A stretch of DNA of 64,000 nt from Heteronotia binoei (GCF_032191835.1 NC_083227.1:139004001-139068000), one strand, 5' to 3'; shown: positions 36,685 to 49,505, counted from the stretch's first letter. The notes: generated by a model not told the origin, from the sequence alone. Translations and numbers: made by a program.

Positions 36685-38232
36685 TTAGAATTCTGACAAA
36701 GGGTCAAACAGAATAATTGATTTTGCCTAGTTCTTCAAACCCCTGAGAAGACCTAGTGAAGCTTTCTCAGATGTCTGAAGAAGTCTGATGTGAAGGGAAA
36801 ACTGTGGCAGAATGTGCTCACTCTGCCCTGCAGGTTCCATCCATCTTGCTCTCCATGGGGTTCTCAACTCCCCTGGAGGGGCTTTTCCTTCTCTCTAGGG
36901 TAGCCCACTACCACCTGATCAATATAGGTGCTTTCCACTGAAGAGATCTGGACCTTCAGCTCCCCTTCTAAGCTGAGAGGCTTTCCCTCAGTGTCTCCTG
37001 TTAGTTCAGTGTCTGGTTACCACAGGGGCAGATTGATGCCTTGTGTGCCCCGGGGGAACAGCCAATTCATTGCCTTCCCCCCTCTTCTGGGTCCCTTTTA
37101 AATTAGCAAGTCTGAAACAGTGAAGGTCTATGTGGTACGGAGGACCAGTTCCAGAATCAAAAGTTTACCACCATATTTTTAGCACCACACCAGATTGAAG
37201 AAGGAAGAACAAAAGAAATTGTTAATACATTGCTATACATGCCCTAACAGATGTTAAACTAGGACAGACTCTTTAGCTTTGAAAGTTACACTCCCTACTG
37301 AGTCTTCACTACCTTGAGGGTTGATTCATCTCTCTAGGCCAGCCACATGGTTCAAGATGGAGGCCTGCTCCCAAGCTCAGACAAGAGGAATGTTCAGCTC
37401 AGCATCCCAAGGAAAAGAGAGACTGCCTTCCCCTTGCAAGCCTGAATCTTCTCCCCTTTGACCCTGGTCAGCCCAGGCCAAGGCTTCTTTTCCTGTTGTT
37501 TGTAGGAAGCCCTTTCCTGTTACCTGTCTAACAAAAACTCCTCCAAGCCTCTAGGTTCCCTGCTTGCAGAAAGGGTGTGTGTGTGAACTGGTCCTTCCAA
37601 TTGTCTCTAGCAAGACCTATTAACATTTCTTAAGAGATGTGTCTGGAAGGCCATGAGCTACCATACTTTCCTCCCTCCTCCAGTTTGTTCTTAGCTGGGG
37701 GATGGGACTGGTTATACAGCACAGTCAAGTCCTGCCCAATGCCAACGAACCAGGAGACAAGGCATTTATCTACAAGTACAAAGGACACCAACAGTGTCAT
37801 CCTAATCAGTTACATCCTAAACCTAATGACTTCAATGAAGCATGTAACACTGTATAATAAACTTAAAAGCAATTGACTCTGTAAAAGCCTACTAAGGCTC
37901 CCTTTCCTATAATGCTCCTGCCACTAACAACTTTTCACTAACAAAATAAAAGTGGGAAGAGATACTCAGAATGCTTCTGAGATCAGGTATCATCTTGGGA
38001 AAACAGATGCATTCAGAATTGAGGTTCCTCTGAAACTGGTAAGCAGACTACCATTTAAAAAACCTATTCTTACAGGCTCTAGCATTAATAAACTGAATTT
38101 ACTTATTTCTTTTATTTACGTATTTTGTTGTTAGTGCCATGTAAGCTATAATATTTCATTAAAGGATTTTGCAGTCCAGACTTTTCTATCTAGAGAACAA
38201 CAGATCTGAAGAATTGCACAGGTTAAACATAC

Positions 38233-38328
38233 CTGACATCCGAGGGCTGCTCGAAGGAAACCTAGTACAGTGGGAGAAGCAGGAGCTGCTCCTGTTACAA
38301 TCATCCTAACACAACCACCAAGGCTTGC
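38233..38328 (-). CDS. ACSL6: ACSL6 exon ASLGGCVRMIVTGAAPASPTVLGFLRAALGCQ, 96 nt
   Basis: Manual translation; tAG acceptor, GTATGT donor. Confidence 0.93.
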
Positions 38329-41300
38329 CTATGAGAGAAACAGTATTTTAAATAAAGCATAATAAAACCATTAAATTGCTTTATAGACCTATACATTCCC
38401 AGACTCCTTTAGATCAACACATACCTGCAAGACCCAATGAATATTTAAATACTATGGACCTTCTTTTAAAATCTGATTCTCTGCAACGTATCTTTTACCT
38501 TAACATACACATTCAAAGAATATGATAATTATTCTGGAGAGAACAGCTTCCCATGAAGGAGGGAGTAGTTGTACAACCTTGTGTTTGACATAAAAGGATA
38601 GACTTCTTCTATCCAATTGTCTTCCAAATAGTGCTATAGCTAGCACATGTAGATTAGTCTTCAGCTGTGGGGACTGTCCCATTAGCTGACTGATGTCACA
38701 TTAGCTGACTGACTCCTAACAGAAGAGATAATGGAAAGGGAAAGGCAAGGGCAAAGAAGAAATGAGAGTGCTTTCTCCCTTACTGCTCTTCTTTCTCCAT
38801 TCACTGTCACTTGCTAGGACAGTATTCAGACATCACAAACAAATCAGAACAGGCACGTGACAAGCACAAAGCAGGTTTGTCATTCAGCCAGGTTACACAA
38901 ATCTTAGAGATCTTGCTCAAAGTTGCATCAGTCTATAGAAAGATCAATAGAGATCTGAGCAGTCTCCTCTGCTGCATACCCCATACTGTGGGAATTTTTC
39001 CATTGGGAAGCTTACCAGAATTCTCTCTCTCTCTCTCTGACACACACACACACCACCATCATTATCATATCATCTCATCATAATTATAGATAATAATTCC
39101 CTAATGGAATTGGCCATATACGGCATTCCTATTGGCTGTGGTGTGTACTCCATCAATTATTGGCCTATCAACTGCTGCTCAAGAGAACTAGCATGCCATT
39201 GACTGGGCTCACTCCTCTCTCTCGCCTGCTGTTGTCTACCCACTCTCTGTGGCATTTGGAAGAGAAAATAGACAGCATCAGCAGAGAAATGGTGAAGAGA
39301 CAAGGAATGAAGGTGGTAATGTGATTAGGTGGCAAGGCCTGGCCCCACCGGGAACATTACCTCAGAGATCATGTCAGCCATTACTTTCCTGTTACTCCCT
39401 CCCTCCCTCTTCTCCTCAGCCTCACCCCAGGACAGACGAGGAATGGCCTACTGGGGAAGCTGCTAGCCAGAGGCTGTTGCTAGACTTTCAAGGTTGCTGC
39501 TGTCCATAAAGGGAGAGGCCTCAGCTGAACAGAATGCCATAGAGTCCACACTCCAAAGCAGTTATTTTCTCCGGGGGAAAGAGTCTTTTGTCTGGAGTTC
39601 AGTTGTGAAACCAGGAGATCTTCAGGCTCCACCTGGAGATTGGCTACCCTAGGCCTGGCAACACCCTCTGGGTGACTTGATGCCACCTGACTAGCATGAC
39701 TTAACTAGGCCTGGCTGCTTGCTACTGTTCAGCAGCAGTCCCCCTATGACTGACACAGTGACTTACCAGTTGCCAGTTTGGGAAATTCCTGGAGATATGA
39801 GGGGTAGAGCCTGGAGAAGGCAGGGTTTGAGGAGGCGTGGGGCTTCAGACAAGTACAATGCCATAGAGTTCACCCTGCAAATCAGTCACTTTCTCCTGGG
39901 GAACCCATTGTTGCCAATCTTCAGGTGGAGAACACTCAGAATTACAACTGCTTTCCAGATGGCACAGATCAGCTCCCATGGAGAAAATGGCTGATTTGCA
40001 GGGTGGACTCTGTGTCATTATACCCTGCTGAGATTGCTTTCCTCCTTCTTTGTCCACACTGTGGAGAAAGACTGTACTTTTCCTATGTAGAGGCTTCAGA
40101 GAGGGGGGAGGAGAAGAAAGCTGAAGTCAGATTAATTCCCCTACAAAAATGGCCATCTTGAGGCACATACTCTATGGTATACCTTAACACAACCAGGCCA
40201 GAAAGAAAAAACAAAACAGATCACACTACAAGCTCACGCTAATGCTAAATGCTGCAAGACTGAATATGACAGGAAAAGGTGGCAACAATGCACTGCAAAC
40301 AAAAGGAATGCTGAGCTTCAGCATCTGTGTGACTGTCATTGTGCCCCTTGTGCCCCGCATAATTATTCTTCTGACTGGCATGACTTAACTAGGCCTGGCT
40401 GCTTGCTGCTGTTCAGCAGTAGTCCCCCTATGACAGCCAGTGTGACTTAGCAGTTGCCAACTTCAGATTGGGAAATTCCCGGGGATTTGAGGAATGGAGC
40501 TTGGAGAGGGTGGGTTTGAGAAAGGGTGGGACCTCAGGCAGGTACAATGAGATAGACTCCAGCCTCCAAACCAGCCATTTCTTCCTGGGGAAGCACTATT
40601 GCCAATCTCCAGGTGAGGGATGGAGATCACTCAGAATTACAACTGCTCTCCAGGTGGCAGAAACCAGCTCCCCTGGAGGTGGATGGGGAATGAATGCCTT
40701 CACTTGGGTGGGTGAGAAGACAGCAAGGGGGAGCACTTGTCCAGAGCCTCTTTCTAGAGCCCACTCTATTATCTATGATACCTATTTTCTTTATTACTTT
40801 CCACCTTCATTTGTTTCCAAATATTTTTAAATTAAAAACAGATCTTTCAACTTTTCCAACCATTCCCTTTTACTAGCAAATATAGATTCCCTCCCACCCA
40901 ATATCAGGCAAATATGACATGAACAGCAGTAACTAAATACAATAGAATTTCCTTTAAGCCACTCTGAACCCTTGCTACAAAATTAAATAGTATCAGTTCT
41001 GGTGAAGATAAGATTGTAAAACTAATACCAAGAGTAATAGTTTGGATACCTATTTATTTATTTATTCATTTAAGAAGTTGAACAACAGCAACTATGTTCC
41101 AAGACTATACATTAAAACAGTCAAATTAACATTAAAACACAAATTTAAAATCACAGATTGAATTTCACATATCTAAAAGCATTCAAGATTTAAAAAACAC
41201 AAGATCAACAAACACAGGAGTAGAATGAGCATAGTTAAATCTGCAGGAAGGACAGGTTTCTTACTTGTAACTGGTGATCTTCGAGTGGTCATCTGTGCAA

Positions 41301-41716
41301 TCACACATATGGGTAATCCGCAGGATCGGCCCTGACCTCGGAGAATTAAAAGCAATCTTGAGCGTTAGATCTGGCGCGCCTCCCTCTCGTCCTGGGGAGG
41401 AGGCATCGTCTGCGCATGCCTGGACGAGGGGGAGGTGCTTAGCCACTCAGTTTCTTCCCACCGCCGAGAAGGTGGAAAAATTTAAGGATGAGTATCCAGC
41501 AGCGGGGAAGGCTGGGTGGGTTTGTGTGATTGCACAGATGACCACTCGAAGATCACCAGTTACAGGTAAGAAACCTGTCCATCTTCTTCGTGGTCTCTGT
41601 GCATTCACACATATGGGTGATTAGCGAGCTATTCCCTCAGGAGGGAATCTGTTGGATCTGCCAACATATTCACTGTTAGGAAAAGGAGATAATAAGAGAG
41701 TGGTACTCACAATCAG

Positions 41717-44514
41717 TCAGTCAAAGATGGAGCGCAGCACAGCTTGTCCGAAGGACGAGTCCCGCCGGGCACGCACGTCAAGGGCGTAGTGCGAGGCGAA
41801 GGTAGACGAAGAGGACCAAACCGCAGCGGCACAGATGTCCTCTAGTGGGATGCCTTTCAGGAATGCTGATGAGGTAGCAACGGCTCTGGTAGAGTGAGCT
41901 CGTATGTGCTCTGGGATTGGCTGCTTTGCTAGTTGGTAACACAACTCAATGGCAGCGACAATCCATTTCGAAAGTCTTTGGGTCGATATTTTATTGCCCA
42001 TATTATGAGTTGCGTACGTGACAAAAAGTCTGGAATCCTTACGGAATGGTCGCGTTCTGTCTATGTAGAATGCAAGGGCTCTGCGGGCGTCTAAGTTGTG
42101 TAGGGCCCGTTGACCTGCGTCTGCAGGGTGCTGGAAAAAGGCCGGTATAGTTGAAGGTTTCCCTAGGTGGAATGGTGAGACGACTTTCGGTAGGAAGGCG
42201 GGGTCGGGGCGGAGCACCACTCTGTCGTTATGAAAGATCGTGTATGGTGGGTCTGCTCTGAATGCACAGATATCACTGGCTCTTTTGCCCGTGGTGAGTG
42301 CTGTTAGTAGTGCCGTCTTCCAGGATAAAAGTTGGAGGGGAATGGCAGCCATAGGTTCAAAGGGAGGCTTCATGAGCTGACTTAAGACGAGAGAGAGGCT
42401 CCAAGTTGGTAACATTTGTCGGACTGGGGGGTGCAGGCGGATGAAGCCCTTGAGGAAGGCCTTGGTGGCATGGTGAGAGAAGACCGTCACTCCTTCCAGG
42501 TGAGGGTGGAAGGCAGAGATGGCTGCAAGGTGGACCTTCAGGGATGAGTAGGATAGTCCGGTCTTGGAGAGTTCCAGCGTGTAGGACAACATTTGGGAGA
42601 TAGTAGCGTGGTCAGGATCAAATTTTTGTTGTGAGGCGTAGTGGGAGAAGCGCTTCCACTTGAGTAGGATTTTCTGGTGGAAGGCTTCCTGGAGTTCACT
42701 AGGACCTGGCGGACTTCGGGAGGGAATTCTAGAAACTGATTCTCCAGGCCGTCAGTTTGAGTGAAGCTGGGTTGTGATGTAAGACCTTGCCCTGTTGTTG
42801 GGACAGGAGGTCCTGCTCCTGCGGGAGTCGAATGAATGTGTTGTCGGATAGTAGTAGGAGGGTGGTGAACCAGGGTTGACATGGCCACCATGGAGTTATT
42901 AGGATGCAGTTGGTGCGGTCCGCTTGTATTTTCTGCAGGACTCTGGTGATGAGTGGAATTGGAGGGAAGAGATAGTGGAGGGTTCCCCTCCAGGACTGTA
43001 GGAAGGCATCTCCGCGGGAGAGTTGAGACGGGGGTCCTCTCATGTAGAAGTGGGTGCATTGGGCATTCGATGGGGATGCAAACACATCTATTTTCGGGGT
43101 ACCGAAGACCTTGAAAACTTGTCGTATGTATTGTCTGTTGATGGTCCACTCGTGATCGTTGGTGGAGTGGCGGCTTAGGGCATCTGCTTGGACATTCTCG
43201 ATTCCTGGTAGGTGGACGGCAGTGAGAAAGATGCCTTGGCTGATGCTCCAGTGCCAGAGTGCTAGGGCTCTTTTGCAGAGTCTGGTGGAGGCAGTGCCCC
43301 CTTGTCTGTTGATGTAAAAGACCGTGGCGATGTTGTCTGAGGTGACCTGGACATGGCAGTTTTGTAGGGATGGTAGGAAGGATCTTAGAGCTTTGTGGAC
43401 TGCCAGAAGTTCCAGGCAGTTGATATGGAGGGAGCTTTCGTAGTCCGTCCATTGTCCCTGAACTGTGAGGGTCCTCAAGTGGGCTCCCCATCCCCACTTG
43501 GAGGCGTCTGTGGTGACGATCACGGAGGGAGATGTCTGTTTGAACGGCATTCCCATACGGAGGTGGCGTTCTATCGTCCACCATCTCAAGGATGGAATGA
43601 TGTGTGACGGGAGGGTCAGCATTGTGGATTGGTGCTGCCTGTGAGGGTGAAAAGTTCTGATGAACCACAGTTGTAGGGGTCGCATGTGGAGCTTTGCGAA
43701 GCATAGGACTGCAGTAGTAGCTGCCATTAGACCTAGCATTCTTTGGTAGGTGAGCGCTGGTTGGGAGCGGTGAGCGATAATAGTGTTTGCTAGGGACTGG
43801 ATGCTGAGAACTCTGTCCTGTGGTAGGGAAGCTGTTTGGGAGATCGTGGAGATGTTTGCTCCTATGAACTGGATTGTTTAAGTGGGAGTTAGTTTGGACT
43901 TTGATATGTTGACTTGAAGGCTGAGTGTGGCCAAAAGGGACAGGGTAGCGGAGACGTCCAGTTGGAGTTGTTCTTTTGAGTGGGCGACGATCAGCCAGTC
44001 GTCTATGTACGGGTAGATAGATATCTTTTGTTGGCACAGTGCTGCGCCCACCACTGCCATACATTTGGTGAAAACTCTTGGTGCCGTTGAGAGACCGAAG
44101 GGGAGGGAACGGAATTGGAAGTGTTGATCCCCAATGGCGAATCTGAGGAATCTTCTGTGATGTTGATTGATGGTAATGTGGAAGTAGGCATCCTGTAGAT
44201 CTATGGATGCCATCCAAGCTTGTTCTGGGATGAGCGGCAAGATTGACTGAAGGGTAATCATGCGGAATTTTTTGTAGGTGATGTGGAGATTGAGCTTGCG
44301 GAGATCGAGAATGGGGCGGAGTCCTCCGTCTCTCTTTAGCACCAGAAAGTAGCGGTGGTACTGTGGTGGTATCGGTTCTATCGCACCTTTGTCCAGTAAG
44401 GCTGTGATTTCTGATTGGAGAGGTGCGGATAGTGGTGTGGTGAGGAATCTGTGATGTTTTGGGGTGGACTTGAATTCTATCATGTACCCCCTTTGTATGA
44501 TGGCCAGGACCCAT
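41717..44514 (-). pseudogene. Element B ORF3: overlap region plus tyrosine recombinase, one frameshift near 42662
   Basis: TTGKRASDI, AHSTR, AVWSS, SHYALD; SY-[deletion]-KWKRF junction. Confidence 0.88.
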
Positions 44515-44699
44515 GAGTCCGATGTTATGGCCTCCCAGGCGGGGTAGAAAGGCTGTAGCTGGGTGAGTGATTGAAGGTTTGGCTGAAGGTTGGTATCTGG
44601 ACGTCTGGGGGCAGGGTGGTCAAAGGGACGGTTTGGTAGCAGGGTGAGTTTTCTTCGATGTTTGAGGGCGTGCCCTCTGCTGAAAGGGCTGTTTAGCAT
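42729..44699 (-). pseudogene. Element B RT-RNase H-MTase-like ORF with one in-frame TAA (43878-43880)
   Basis: IDLQDAYFH, YIDD, TDASKWGWGAH, DVFASPSN, YLFPP, LKLTAW; the two ORF pieces share a frame. Confidence 0.9.
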
Positions 44700-46839
44700 G
44701 GGGCGGTTTGCGTCTCCATGCGTCTGGTTGTTTGGGAGATCTGGAGCTCTTATAATAGCTAGGTCTCCAGCTCCTTTGCTTGTTGAGTTGGGGTTGGTGT
44801 TGAGTGACCCCTAATCTCTTCGCTCTCTTCCTGCTGTCGTCTACGGATGTAAGAATGTCGTCCGTGGTCGCGTTGAAGAGGCCGAGACCGTCGAAAGGTA
44901 GGTCCTCAATTTTGTACTTAATGTCAGGTTGGAGAGATGAGGATCTGAGCCATGCGTGTCTGCGCAGGGCTATGGCCGAGGCGAGGGTCCTGGAAGAGCA
45001 CTGAGCAGCGTGACATGCGGTATTGATCTGCTGCTTATTGACTCTAGCCAGTTCCTGCAGGGCGTTAGTAGCTGATTTCTGTGTCGACTCCAGTAGGGAG
45101 GGAACCAGTGTGTTGAGGTAGTTTGTTAGGTTGTATGCATAGGCCGAGAAATATGCCATATAATTGTGTATTTTAGTTGTTGCCGTGGTGAGGGAGTATA
45201 TTTTCCTGCCGATGGTGTCGAGCTTCTTGCCCTCCCTCTCCGGGGGCACTGGGTGTCTGGTCTGCTTCGACTTCGAGGAGGAATGCACAATCATCGAGTT
45301 CAGCGCCGGGTGGCTAAACAGGAACTTCGAATCGGGTGCATGGATCTTGTAGAGGGCTTCGACCCTCTTGGATGTTGGAGGTACAGACGCCGGCTTATCC
45401 CATGCTTCCTTGAGGGTTTCGAGATGAACGGGAAGCATGGGAAAAGACGAGCTTGAGGGGAGGTCCGCGTGCACCAAGTCGTAGACGACGTCCGAGACTC
45501 TGGGAGCGTCGGTATTGAGCTTGATGTTTAGAGAGTTTGCCATATTCGCAAGGAGGTCTAGGTATGATTTAGGGCCTTCTGAGGGTGATAGTTCGGCAGG
45601 CTTAGCTATATCAGAGGCCGGAGAGTGCAAGTCTGTTGTAGAAGATTGTGCGGAGTCGGAGTGTTCCGCTTCATAGTCGTTGTCGGTGTCGAGAGAGGGT
45701 GCGGCCGGAGGCTCTATGGGCTGCGGTTGTTTGGTGGCAGATGTAGACTTGGCCGGTGTGGTTGGTTTCGGTTCGAAGCCGTGCCGGGCAGGTTCTTCAC
45801 GGTACCGAGCAGGCTCTTCACGGTACCGAGGGTCTTCGTAGTCGGAATGGCGTCTGTGTGGAGACGGATCACGGTATCGAGTCCGATCGACTTTGTAGTT
45901 GCGGTCCCTATAATGAGGGGACTCGTGGTGGCTGTGGTAGGAGCGGTTCCTCGGGTCCGAATGCCGGTAGGTGTCGAAGGAGGGAGATCTCCGATGTCTC
46001 CGTCGGTCCCGAGGAGACGGTGATCTGGACCTCGAGGGGGAGTAGTAGTAGTATCTTTCTCTCCGATGGCTACAAGATCATTGTCGACTGCGAGATCTAG
46101 GCATGCAGGGGCGCAGTGGTATGTCCCTCGGGGTCGAGGGTTCTCTGATTAGAGAGTGAGCTGCCAGCGGTTCAAGAGGGACTTCTCAGAAGGCGCGAGC
46201 GTCTAGAGTCTTGGAGCGTTGGCTTCTGATGGATACCGGTGAGTCAGCCTCGAGTATTTGCGCGGGTGGAGAGTTGGGTACCGAGGGAGACCTGGAGGAG
46301 ATACGCACGATCTCTAGTGGTGTGATGGCTGGCGTCGACTTCGAAGCTGGCGTTCTTGGGATCGTGGAAGCCATGGTCGGGTTCGAGGCCGCAGGTTTTG
46401 CTGTCGGGTCGGATGACTTATGTCCGGTTTTGGCCCTTTTCGGGGTCTTGGCGCTGGTTGCCTCCGCGTGAGCGGAGTCGGACCGGCGGCGCTTTTTGGG
46501 GTCTTCGGACTTCTTGGTGTGCTTGCCGGACTTAGGCTTGCAGGGAATCTGAGCCACGGAAGCTGCCGGCTGCGCCACTCCCACGAAAGATGGGGAAGAT
46601 GGCGGAGGTTGTTGTGCCGCGTGGGGCATTGGTCGAAAGGAAGACTCCATAAGATGGCTCCTGAGCCTCGCGGCACGGTTTTTGCGAGCTTGTTTGCCAA
46701 ATTGGCTGCAATGCACGCAGGTATCCGTGCGATGTGCCTCTCCTAGGCAGAATAGGCACAGAGAATGCCCGTCCGAAGAGGGGATTTTTGCGGAACAGCG
46801 AGTGCAGCGTTTGAATGTTATTTTGTCTCTTCCTTCCAT
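44620..46839 (-). pseudogene. Element B gag-like ORF with premature TGA stops and a frameshift
   Basis: FKRCTRC...DGHSLCLFCLGEAH...CVHC...RKNRAARL aligns with element A gag; stops at about 46186 and 46080; C-terminal half is ORF 44620-45630. Confidence 0.88.
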
Positions 46840-48719
46840 CCGCCCGGGGGGGGGGGTGTGGGGGAAGCTCGAAAGATAGTAAGAAAGTCTTTTTTTATAT
46901 ACGATACCAGAAGACGAGGAGAAGGTGAGAAGACGAAGAGGAAACGTTGGAGGTAGATTGCAGTAGGAGAAAATCGGGAGACTCAACGAGGTAGGTATGA
47001 TCCGGTCGGTGGTAAAGAAGAAACTGAGTGGCTAAGCACCTCCCCCTCGTCCAGGCATGTGCAGATGATGCCTCCTCCCCAGGACGAGAGGGAGGCGCGC
47101 CAGATCTAACGCTCAAGATTGCTTTTAATTCTCCGAGGTCAGGGCCGATCCTGCGGATTACCCATATGTGTGACTGCACAGAGACCACGAAGAAGATCAA
47201 TTTACCCACCACTTAAATACTCTCTGGAATAAGACTGTCTTACATGCCCTCCTTAATACAGCAAGTGAAGGGGACCTTGTCAGCCACTCTGGCAGACTAT
47301 TCCAAATGTCTGGTCCCACCAAAGAAAAAGTCTGTGAACTCACTGTAGCCATATGGACAATCCTAATGGATGGTATCCTAAGGAGGAGGCTGTCTGCAGA
47401 ATTTAACTGCAGGAAAGTGGTACAGGAAAGTATATGGGTGTGGGTATACTCCCTTGTGGGTGGGAGTATGTGGGCTTGCCCTTTTCACCTGCTTCTATCC
47501 TTGAGCAGCCGCAGGTGATTGTGCCCTCCCTCCAACCACTGCCAGACTGGTGCCGTGTGATTTTTAAAAGGGCCATCCAGCCTGAGGTGAACTTTCTCCC
47601 CTCCACTCAGCACTTCTGCATCTGCATGCCAGAGACAGCTAACTGCAGCTGAGCTGGCTGTTACTATGAGGCTGCTGTTTGAGTTGCAGTGCCTGATCAA
47701 GTGGCAAGTGAAAGCACTGCTTCTCTGATTTAGGAGCCTTTTTAACATTTCTGATTTTTCAAAACATGTGTATTGCTCTGCAAACCCGGGATAGGGTTTT
47801 CCTCTAGGATTGTAAAAATATTTCATTTTTCTCTGTATGGCCCCATCAGTGGATTTTAGGATCTTCAGATGGGGCCGTGTTGAGAATTATAGATATTAAA
47901 GACTCACAGGGTGATCCCATTCCCCCTACTAGCTTGCTGGGTTGTGCATTTGCCAGTTTCTGCTCCTCTGCCCACCAGCTAGCCTATATCACTGCCCATT
48001 AGCTAGCCTATACCACTGGTGTGGCTCAAGCAGCAGCAGCTCCTTTCTTCCCCCCTACCTGCCTCAATTGGCATCACTCCTTGATGGCAGAGGCATCTTC
48101 TTCCTTACCTGCCCTCTTCATCACACCTCACACAATGGCACTGGGAGAGGGCGGCACTGGCAGCTCCTGCCCACCTTGCTGCTGGTTACATAGCAGCGGC
48201 AGGTCCTGCTCCTCTTCTCCTTCCTTCCTCCAGCCACTAGCCCAGTGGCAGTGGCATGTGCCAGGCACTGATGAGGCTGGCTCACAAAGATGCACTGCAT
48301 GTGTAAGTGCAGACAATGCTCCTCTATATGGTTTTTTTTTAAAAAAGGTTTTGGATTTTTCTGCAAACCTGAGGGTTCACCCAGCTTCAAAGAAAAGTCT
48401 CCCCTCTTTGTCTCTCTCCATGGTCCCAATCCAAATATTTAAGTATCTGCAGATGGGGCCGTGCTGAGAATTAAATATATTGATTTATTCTAGGTCCGCA
48501 ACTTATGCTGATGCCGTTGAATGGAGGAGGACACAGAAAACAGTTTCCCCACAGCAACTGAAGCCAGTCTCTTTGTTTTCCTTGTCCATGGATGCGGCTA
48601 ATAACTGCTTTAATATATTTCACAGAAGCTACATAGTCTTTTAAAACTGCAAGCAAAACCTCCAGAGTCGGTTTCACTACACAACAGGGTTTAAAAAAAA
48701 AAAAAACCTAGATGTTTAC

Positions 48720-48854
48720 CTGTATTTTGTTAAAGAACAGTTTATCCCACAGACTGTCATTTCTTATGATCCCACTTTGAACTTCCGCCTTTTTACGCTT
48801 GGCAGCAAATTCCAGAAGCCAGCGTTTCAGTGGGGTGTCTGCTTGGCTAAAGAT
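48720..48854 (-). CDS. ACSL6: ACSL6 exon IFSQADTPLKRWLLEFAAKRKKAEVQSGIIRNDSLWDKLFFNKIQ, 135 nt
   Basis: Manual translation; ttAG acceptor, GTAAAC donor. Confidence 0.93.
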
Positions 48855-49214
48855 CTAAGGGAATATAAGATGACAGGGGGGGGAGTTTATACAGCCAAAA
48901 GGAAAAGGACCATATTTATCACTAGCACTAGCAGAAGTGGCTCCACAGATGCCAGCATTATAATTAATTGTCTGAATTAAACATAACTACACCACTGCAA
49001 AATGCTAACAAAAGCTCTTCTGCTGCAATTCATTTCCAATTATGTTTTCTCTTTTTCTCTCTCCTAAGGGAAATGTGAACTAGAAAATAAAATACTTGGA
49101 AGCCTTTACAAATTAAGGTGTCCAGACAGTTTACATTGTGGAATTAGCTTGACATAAATATACAACATTCTTAGGGGTACTTTTTAACAACATTCGACAG
49201 CTGTTGAGAAATAT

Positions 49215-49505
49215 ATGTATGCATATCCTGTGCCATCACTTCCAACCTACAGCAACCCTATAAATTAATGCCCTCCAAAATATCATATTGTTAATGGCCT
49301 TGTCCAGGTCCTGCAAACTGAGGGCTTGATTAAATCAATCTATCTCTTCCTCTTTTCCTGCTGCCTTCAACATTTCCTAGCGTTATTGTATTTCCCAGTA
49401 ACCCCTGTCTTCACATAATGTGACCAAAGTATAACAGCTTCAATTTAGTCACTGTAGCTTCTAAGGAGAGCTTAGGCTTGATTTGATCTAGCACCCATTT
49501 ATTTG
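49215..49505 (-). mobile_element. RTE-BovB LINE 3' fragment, degenerate
   Basis: tgctgccttcaac...cataatgtgaccaaagta...agcttcaatttag resembles the reverse of the BovB 3' region (from memory). Confidence 0.6.

Larger units (their letters stand above)
41250..47197 (-). mobile_element. DIRS1-type retrotransposon, full length, moderately decayed, 5.95 kb (element B)
   Basis: Left ITR about 47018-47197, right ITR about 41250-41456, ICR 41523-41618; gag, RT-RH-MT and YR ORFs; no target-site duplication. Confidence 0.95.

Noticed and set aside
45788-45829. 21-nt tandem duplication in element B gag (REEPARY)
   Set aside because: Ordinary in-frame slippage in a low-complexity gag linker
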